A stretch of 38,979 nucleotides of DNA from a virus (taxonomy: Duplodnaviria; Caudoviricetes), in the IMG/VR virus record IMGVR_UViG_3300037502_002406, positions 1-38,979 of that record, one strand, 5' to 3'. Position numbers and translations under genes: made by a program. Under the pieces are notes generated by a model. The model was not told where the DNA came from, searched no databases, and worked only from the letters and a program-made list of their open reading frames with translations. This document shows, piece after piece, positions 34,282-38,979 of the stretch. Within the stretch, counting starts at the first letter, position 1. Each line of letters begins with the position of its first letter.

Positions 34282-35376
34282 ATGGCAAACACCGATTTTG
34301 GGGTAGGTCACCCCCTAGCCAGGAAGCACTGGGCTTCCGAACTGATGACCGAAGCCCTTCAGCGCACCCAAGCCCTCAAGTTCATGGGCTCGGACAGCAA
34401 TTCGATCTTCCACGTCAAACCCGACACCGGCAAAAGCGGTGGCGACAAAATCACGTTTGGCCTTCGGGTCCAGCTGATCGGCGACGGCGTGAGCGGCTCG
34501 GACACGCTGGAAGGCAACGAAGAAGCGCTGGTGCACTACAGCGATTCCGTGATGATCGACGGCCTGCGGCATGCAGTGCGCGTGGATAACTTCATGGGCA
34601 AGCAGCGTGTGCCGTTCGAAGTCCGCAGCGATGCGAAGGACGCGCTGGCGGACTGGTACGCCAACCGCATTGACGAAGCGATGTTCAACCAGCTGGCCGG
34701 CTACACCGTCCAGTCGGACACCCGCTACACGGGCTCGAATGCTGCCGTTGCGCCCAGTTCGGGCAACAGCCTGATCTGGGATGAATCGGCCGCCACGACC
34801 CACACGGCGGAATCGTCGCTGTCCGAATCCGACACCTTCAGCCTGGCCCATCTGGACTACGCGGTGGAAAAGGCGAAGACGCTTGGTCGCGGCGGTGACG
34901 GGGCCTGCCCGATTCGCCCGGTGAAGTATCAGGGCGAAGACATGTACGTCGTCTTCATCCACCCCTTCCAGCGCACCGCCCTGCAGCGCCGGACGGGCTC
35001 TGCGACCTTCTACGACCTGCAGCGGGCACTGCTTGAAGGCGGTCAAGGTGTGAAGCAGAACGCGCTCTTCACAGGCGCGTCCTTCATGTACAACAACTGC
35101 ATCGTGCACGAAAGCACCCGCATCCCCTACGGGGTGTCGGGGTCCAACGCACTGACCCGTGTGCGCCGGGCGGTCCTCTGCGGCGCGCAGGCGGCTGCGG
35201 TGGCCTTCGGTAAGGGCTATGCGGGGGCGAAAGCGGATTGGGTCGAAGATTCCTTCGACTACGACAATCAGCTGGGCGTCTCGGCCCGCGTGATCTGGGG
35301 ATGCAAAAAGACGCAGTTCAACTCGAAGGATTTCGGGACGATCACGATCCCGACCTTCGCAGCAGCAGCGTTCTAA
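34282..35376 (+). CDS. Major capsid protein (N4-gp56/DUF4043 type)
   Basis: GDKITFGL..QL.G.GV.G...LEGNEE.L, RHAV, DALADW, AVLCGAQA and DYDNQ.G...G.KKTQFN..DFG motifs. Confidence 0.93.
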   Translation: MANTDFGVGHPLARKHWASELMTEALQRTQALKFMGSDSNSIFHVKPDTGKSGGDKITFGLRVQLIGDGVSGSDTLEGNEEALVHYSDSVMIDGLRHAVRVDNFMGKQRVPFEVRSDAKDALADWYANRIDEAMFNQLAGYTVQSDTRYTGSNAAVAPSSGNSLIWDESAATTHTAESSLSESDTFSLAHLDYAVEKAKTLGRGGDGACPIRPVKYQGEDMYVVFIHPFQRTALQRRTGSATFYDLQRALLEGGQGVKQNALFTGASFMYNNCIVHESTRIPYGVSGSNALTRVRRAVLCGAQAAAVAFGKGYAGAKADWVEDSFDYDNQLGVSARVIWGCKKTQFNSKDFGTITIPTFAAAAF

Positions 35377-35388
35377 GGGGGTAAGACA

Positions 35389-35808
35389 ATGGCTACTTTG
35401 ACGGCTTCTGCGGCCACCGCTGGTGCCCCCGCCCGTTTCGACGGGTGCGGGGCAACGTGGGCAATGGCATTCAACTACACCGCCACATCGACGCTGTCGA
35501 ACGGCGACGTGGTGCTGATGGGCAAGATCGCCCACGGCACCACGGTGCTGGACGGCTACGTCGTGCAGACGGACGGCGACACGGGCCTGCTGTCGGCGGG
35601 GATCACCGCTGTGGACAGCCTGCTCGCATCCACGTCCGTTTCGGCGGGCAATCTGGTGCGCTTCACGAACGGTCTGCCGTACACGGTGTCCGTCTCGGAT
35701 GCGGCCACGATCCGGCACGAGTACGTGCGAATCGCACTGGATGCGGACTTCACGGCAAGCGCGAAGTTTGCGGTGGTGCTGTTCTGCAAGGCGAAAGGCG
35801 ACTTCTGA
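35389..35808 (+). CDS. Capsid decoration/cement protein
   Basis: 139 aa, A/T/S-rich, GDVV.M..I pattern; co-terminated with the capsid gene. Confidence 0.7.
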   Translation: MATLTASAATAGAPARFDGCGATWAMAFNYTATSTLSNGDVVLMGKIAHGTTVLDGYVVQTDGDTGLLSAGITAVDSLLASTSVSAGNLVRFTNGLPYTVSVSDAATIRHEYVRIALDADFTASAKFAVVLFCKAKGDF

Positions 35809-35830
35809 GATCCGCTCGGCGCGGCGTGTT

Positions 35831-35852
35831 GGGGCCTTCGGGCCCCTTTTTT
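35831..35852 (+). terminator. Rho-independent terminator
   Basis: GGGGCC-TTCG-GGCCCC followed by T6. Confidence 0.9.
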
Positions 35853-35910
35853 CTTGCCACGGTTCAGCGGGGTTTTCTGATGCCATCATTCTGAAAAAGG
35901 ATGGTGGTGC

Positions 35911-37359
35911 ATGTCAGAAGCGATCCCTTTTGCCGAAGCCGCGAACATCGCAATCTCGATTCATCAGGAAGCGGACAAGCGCCTGCGTGCGCGTGATCCG
36001 TCCTGGGCGCAGTACATCGCCGAAGCCCGCAATCGCTACGTCCAGTTGCTGAATGCCCGCCCGGACGACCCGCAGATCCTCTTCTGCTTGGGCACGTCGT
36101 ACCTGATGGCCGGTGAGTCCGCGATGGCGTGGATGATCCTTGAGCGCCTGCACGACAAAGCCGATGCAACTTTTGATGCGCTGAACAACATCGGGGTAGC
36201 GTATCGCCAGCAGCACCACAACGCACAGGCGATGCAATGGTACGAAAAGGCGCTGGAACTGAAGCCCGACGAACCCGATGTTCTGGCCAATCTGACCAGC
36301 CTGCACGTCAACGAAGGCCACCCGGAAAAGGGCATCCCGCACGGGGAAAAGTGCCTGTCCTTGAAACCCGATCACCCGCAGGCAATCTGGAATCTCGCGC
36401 TGCTGTATCTCGAGTCCGGGGAATACGACAAAGGCTTTGCGCTGTACAACCGGGGCTTCGAGACGAAGGACCGGCTCGAAAGGACCTACATCGATTCCCG
36501 GGGCGTGAACGTCCCCTTCTGGTGGAATGACGGGGAAGACACATCGGACAAAACGATTGTGATCCACGATTCGCAAGGGCAGGGGGACGGGCTGCTGGCG
36601 TTGCAGCTGATCCCCTGCATCCTGCCGCGCTTCAAGAAAGTGATTCTGGACATCCACTACAAGTTTTACGAAGAAGTCGTTCGGGCCTTCCCGACGTGTA
36701 CTGTCTATCCGACGCGAAAGGAAGAACCCGTCTGGGCATCCACCGAAGTCATCGATTACAAGCAAGACGCGCTGTCGCTGTTCCAGTGGTTCCACATGGA
36801 ACGCGGAACGCACTGCGGCTGGCTGAAGCCCTTGCCGGAAAAGAAGGCGATGGCGGAAAAGATGGTGTCGGCGTGGCAGAAGGCGCGGGGCGAAAAGGGG
36901 CGCAAGCGCATCGGGATTCACTGGACCGGCGGGCGGCATTCGACGCGGATTGATCTGCGCTCGATTCCGCTGCCGATGTGGCAGCCGATCATGGACCTGC
37001 CGGTGACGCTGGTGTCGCTGCAGTACACCGATTCGGCGCTGAGAGATCTCGCCCCGTATGCGGATCGGATCTTCCATTGCCATGGGATGGTGGGGGAAAA
37101 AAACGCGGATCTGGGGCTCAACATCGCGTTGTCATCGGTCTGCGATCTGGTGGTGTCCGTGAACACCACCGCCATTCACATCGCCGGCTCGATGAACCAG
37201 CCCGGCATCACCCTGACCCCGTTTGGCAGGGCGTGGCGCTACGGGCGCGGGGATCGGGTGCCCTTTTACCAAAGCATCCAGCAGGTCAATCAGGCCGAAG
37301 GGGAAGACTGGACCGGGCCGATGCAGGAAGCGGCCAAGCGCGTGGGGGAATTTCTGTGA
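35911..37359 (+). CDS. TPR-repeat glycosyltransferase (GT-B, GT9-like C-terminus)
   Basis: N-terminal TPRs (ALNNIG..Y, YEKALELKPD, AIWNLALLYL); C-terminal SQGQGD, IGIHWTG, RSIPL, VSLQY and DLVVSVNTTAIHIAGS. Confidence 0.88.
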   Translation: MSEAIPFAEAANIAISIHQEADKRLRARDPSWAQYIAEARNRYVQLLNARPDDPQILFCLGTSYLMAGESAMAWMILERLHDKADATFDALNNIGVAYRQQHHNAQAMQWYEKALELKPDEPDVLANLTSLHVNEGHPEKGIPHGEKCLSLKPDHPQAIWNLALLYLESGEYDKGFALYNRGFETKDRLERTYIDSRGVNVPFWWNDGEDTSDKTIVIHDSQGQGDGLLALQLIPCILPRFKKVILDIHYKFYEEVVRAFPTCTVYPTRKEEPVWASTEVIDYKQDALSLFQWFHMERGTHCGWLKPLPEKKAMAEKMVSAWQKARGEKGRKRIGIHWTGGRHSTRIDLRSIPLPMWQPIMDLPVTLVSLQYTDSALRDLAPYADRIFHCHGMVGEKNADLGLNIALSSVCDLVVSVNTTAIHIAGSMNQPGITLTPFGRAWRYGRGDRVPFYQSIQQVNQAEGEDWTGPMQEAAKRVGEFL

Positions 37360-38198
37360 TCCAGTTTGTGACCGGCTCGGGACGTAGCATGGCGTCCTTC
37401 CGCTATCGGGTGGAATGTGTGCAGGAAGCCCTGCTGATGCAGGGCCACGAAGTGAAGGTCGCGCCAACCTTTGACTTGTCGGCCAAGCAGGCGATCTTCT
37501 CGAAGCACTTCAACCCGGTTGATTACAGCGATGCGATTGCCGCAAAAGCCTTGGGCTGTCGGGTCGTGTTCGATGTGTGTGACGACCATCGCAACACCAA
37601 GTTTGCCGATCACTACGACCGCATGGTGCGGGTCGCGGATTGTGTGACGGCCAACAGCGACGAAATGGCCAGCCGCATCTGGGACACCTGGCATAAGCGG
37701 GCGCACGTCATTCCCGATCCGATCATCTATGACCCGATTGACCGCGTTCCCGACCTGACAAAGACGCTGTGGTTCGGGGCCACATGGACGCTGGACGACA
37801 CGTTGTACAAGCACATCGGCACGGTCTCGGGGGATCTGGAAATCTGCACGGGTCCGACCGACGGGATCAGCCGACCGAATACCACCTTCACGCTGTTTTC
37901 CCCGGAAGAGCAGCAGAAGGCGTTTCGACGCAACGGCATTGCGTTCATCCCCTATGCCGATTCCGACGAAGCACTGGCGAAAAGCGCCAATCGCATCATC
38001 GAAGCGCTGAACGCATCGATGGTGGTGGTGACCAACGGCATCCCGGCGGCGAAAGAACTGATGCCCTTTGTGGAACTGCACCACAAGGACGTTGGGCCGC
38101 AGTCGATCCGGAAGATGGAAGCGGGCCGGCAGTTTGTCCGGCAGCGGTATGCCATCAAGCAGATCGTGAAGCTCTGGAAGAAGGCGCTCGACCTATGA
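37356..38198 (+). CDS. GT-B fold (GT4-like) glycosyltransferase
   Basis: GTGA overlap; ASFRYR, VFDVCDDH, VIPDP, WFG and KSANRIIEAL...VV motifs. Confidence 0.75.
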   Translation: MIQFVTGSGRSMASFRYRVECVQEALLMQGHEVKVAPTFDLSAKQAIFSKHFNPVDYSDAIAAKALGCRVVFDVCDDHRNTKFADHYDRMVRVADCVTANSDEMASRIWDTWHKRAHVIPDPIIYDPIDRVPDLTKTLWFGATWTLDDTLYKHIGTVSGDLEICTGPTDGISRPNTTFTLFSPEEQQKAFRRNGIAFIPYADSDEALAKSANRIIEALNASMVVVTNGIPAAKELMPFVELHHKDVGPQSIRKMEAGRQFVRQRYAIKQIVKLWKKALDL

Positions 38199-38668
38199 AA
38201 CTGCACTTGGGCTGTGGGAACAAGAAACTCGACGGCTACATCAATGTCGATCTGCAGGGCACGCCCGATGTGCGCTGTGATCTGAAAGCCCTGCCGGATG
38301 AATGGACCGGGAAAGCCGATGAAGTGCTGGCAGTGCATGTGCTGGAACACTTCGGGTTTGTCGAAACACAGGCCGTTCTTCTTGAGTGGCGGCGTGTGCT
38401 GAAGCCCGGGGGGAAGATCGCGATTGAATGCCCGAATCTGCGCCAAGCGTGTCTGAACTACCTGAAAGACCGCACGAACACCGCCTATGGGCTCTGGCCG
38501 ATCTACGGCAATCAGGACGACGCGACGCTGAGCGTGCACAAGTCGGGGTGGGAACCGGACACCCTGATGGACGAACTGAAGCGAGCCGGGTTTCGGGACG
38601 CCAAACAAGCCCCGGCAGAATGGAAGAAGAAGGAACCCCGGGATTTTCGCGTGGAAGCCATCCGATGA
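38195..38668 (+). CDS. Class I SAM-dependent methyltransferase
   Basis: ATGA overlap; KLHLGCG, YINVD, HVLEH and RVLKPGG motifs. Confidence 0.9.
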   Translation: MKLHLGCGNKKLDGYINVDLQGTPDVRCDLKALPDEWTGKADEVLAVHVLEHFGFVETQAVLLEWRRVLKPGGKIAIECPNLRQACLNYLKDRTNTAYGLWPIYGNQDDATLSVHKSGWEPDTLMDELKRAGFRDAKQAPAEWKKKEPRDFRVEAIR

Positions 38669-38979
38669 TCCGGGTGTTTGTCGGATTCGACTTCATCGAA
38701 GCAGAAGCCTTTCACGTTTTCTCTCAGAGCCTTCTCGAGCGAAGCAGTGTCCCGGTATCCATCACCGCCATTCAGCGCCGTCAGCTGCCCCTGCGGCGTC
38801 CCCGGCACCCGCTGCAGAGCAACGACTTCGCGTTCTCGCGCTGGTTTGTGCCGTGGCTCTGCGACTATCAGGGCTGGGCGCTCTTTGCGGACTGTGACTT
38901 CCTGTGTCGGTGGGACATCGCCGATTTGATGCAGTACCAGGACGACACGAAGGATGTGCTTGTCTGTCAGCATCAGTGG
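38665..38979 (+). CDS. GT-A glycosyltransferase, N-terminal part (continues at 2..385)
   Basis: ATGA overlap; MIRVFVGFD, SNDFAFSRWFVP and WALFADCDFL (DxD motif); no stop before the end of the window. Confidence 0.88.
   Translation, partial: MIRVFVGFDFIEAEAFHVFSQSLLERSSVPVSITAIQRRQLPLRRPRHPLQSNDFAFSRWFVPWLCDYQGWALFADCDFLCRWDIADLMQYQDDTKDVLVCQHQW
38952..38979 (+). repeat. Terminal direct overlap (copy 2)
   Basis: Identical to 1-28. Confidence 0.95.

Noticed and set aside
34315-35889. 524-aa antisense ORF over the capsid genes (similarly 24574-25737, 35914-37083 and 2703-3554)
   Set aside because: Antisense shadow of strongly codon-biased genes; no recognisable domains.
35911-38979. DNA hypermodification or Gtr-type serotype conversion as the role of the GT cluster
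   Set aside because: Disfavoured rather than excluded. There is no hydroxymethylase/TET, no own DNA polymerase, no flippase or membrane GT, and the cluster lies in the morphogenesis region with a TPR domain.

Overview
This window is an apparently complete, circularly permuted genome (~38,951 bp plus a 28-bp assembly overlap) of a GC-rich temperate phage with podovirus-type morphogenesis genes. It encodes terminase, a P22-type portal, scaffold, an N4-gp56-type major capsid, adaptor, nozzle and several ejection proteins, with no tape measure or sheath. It also has a lambdoid early region (repressor/cro, ERF plus YqaJ recombination, replication initiator, NinB, tyrosine integrase/xis) and an attP matching the 3' half of a tRNA-His. 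Three things stand out. (1) A translationally coupled four-enzyme cassette (TPR-glycosyltransferase, GT-B glycosyltransferase, SAM methyltransferase, GT-A glycosyltransferase across the contig junction) sits between the capsid/decoration genes and the head-tail adaptor, which suggests a virion protein glycosylation and glycan-methylation system. (2) A two-frame (M.EcoHK31I-like) C5 DNA methyltransferase has an HNH gene nested inside it between diverged duplicated sites, and attP lies in its 3' end. (3) There is an ART-PolyVal-like ejected enzyme, tandem paralogous repressors with an antisense small ORF, and a structured RBS-sequestering leader on the capsid gene. All functional calls come from motif recognition and synteny; no database search was run.
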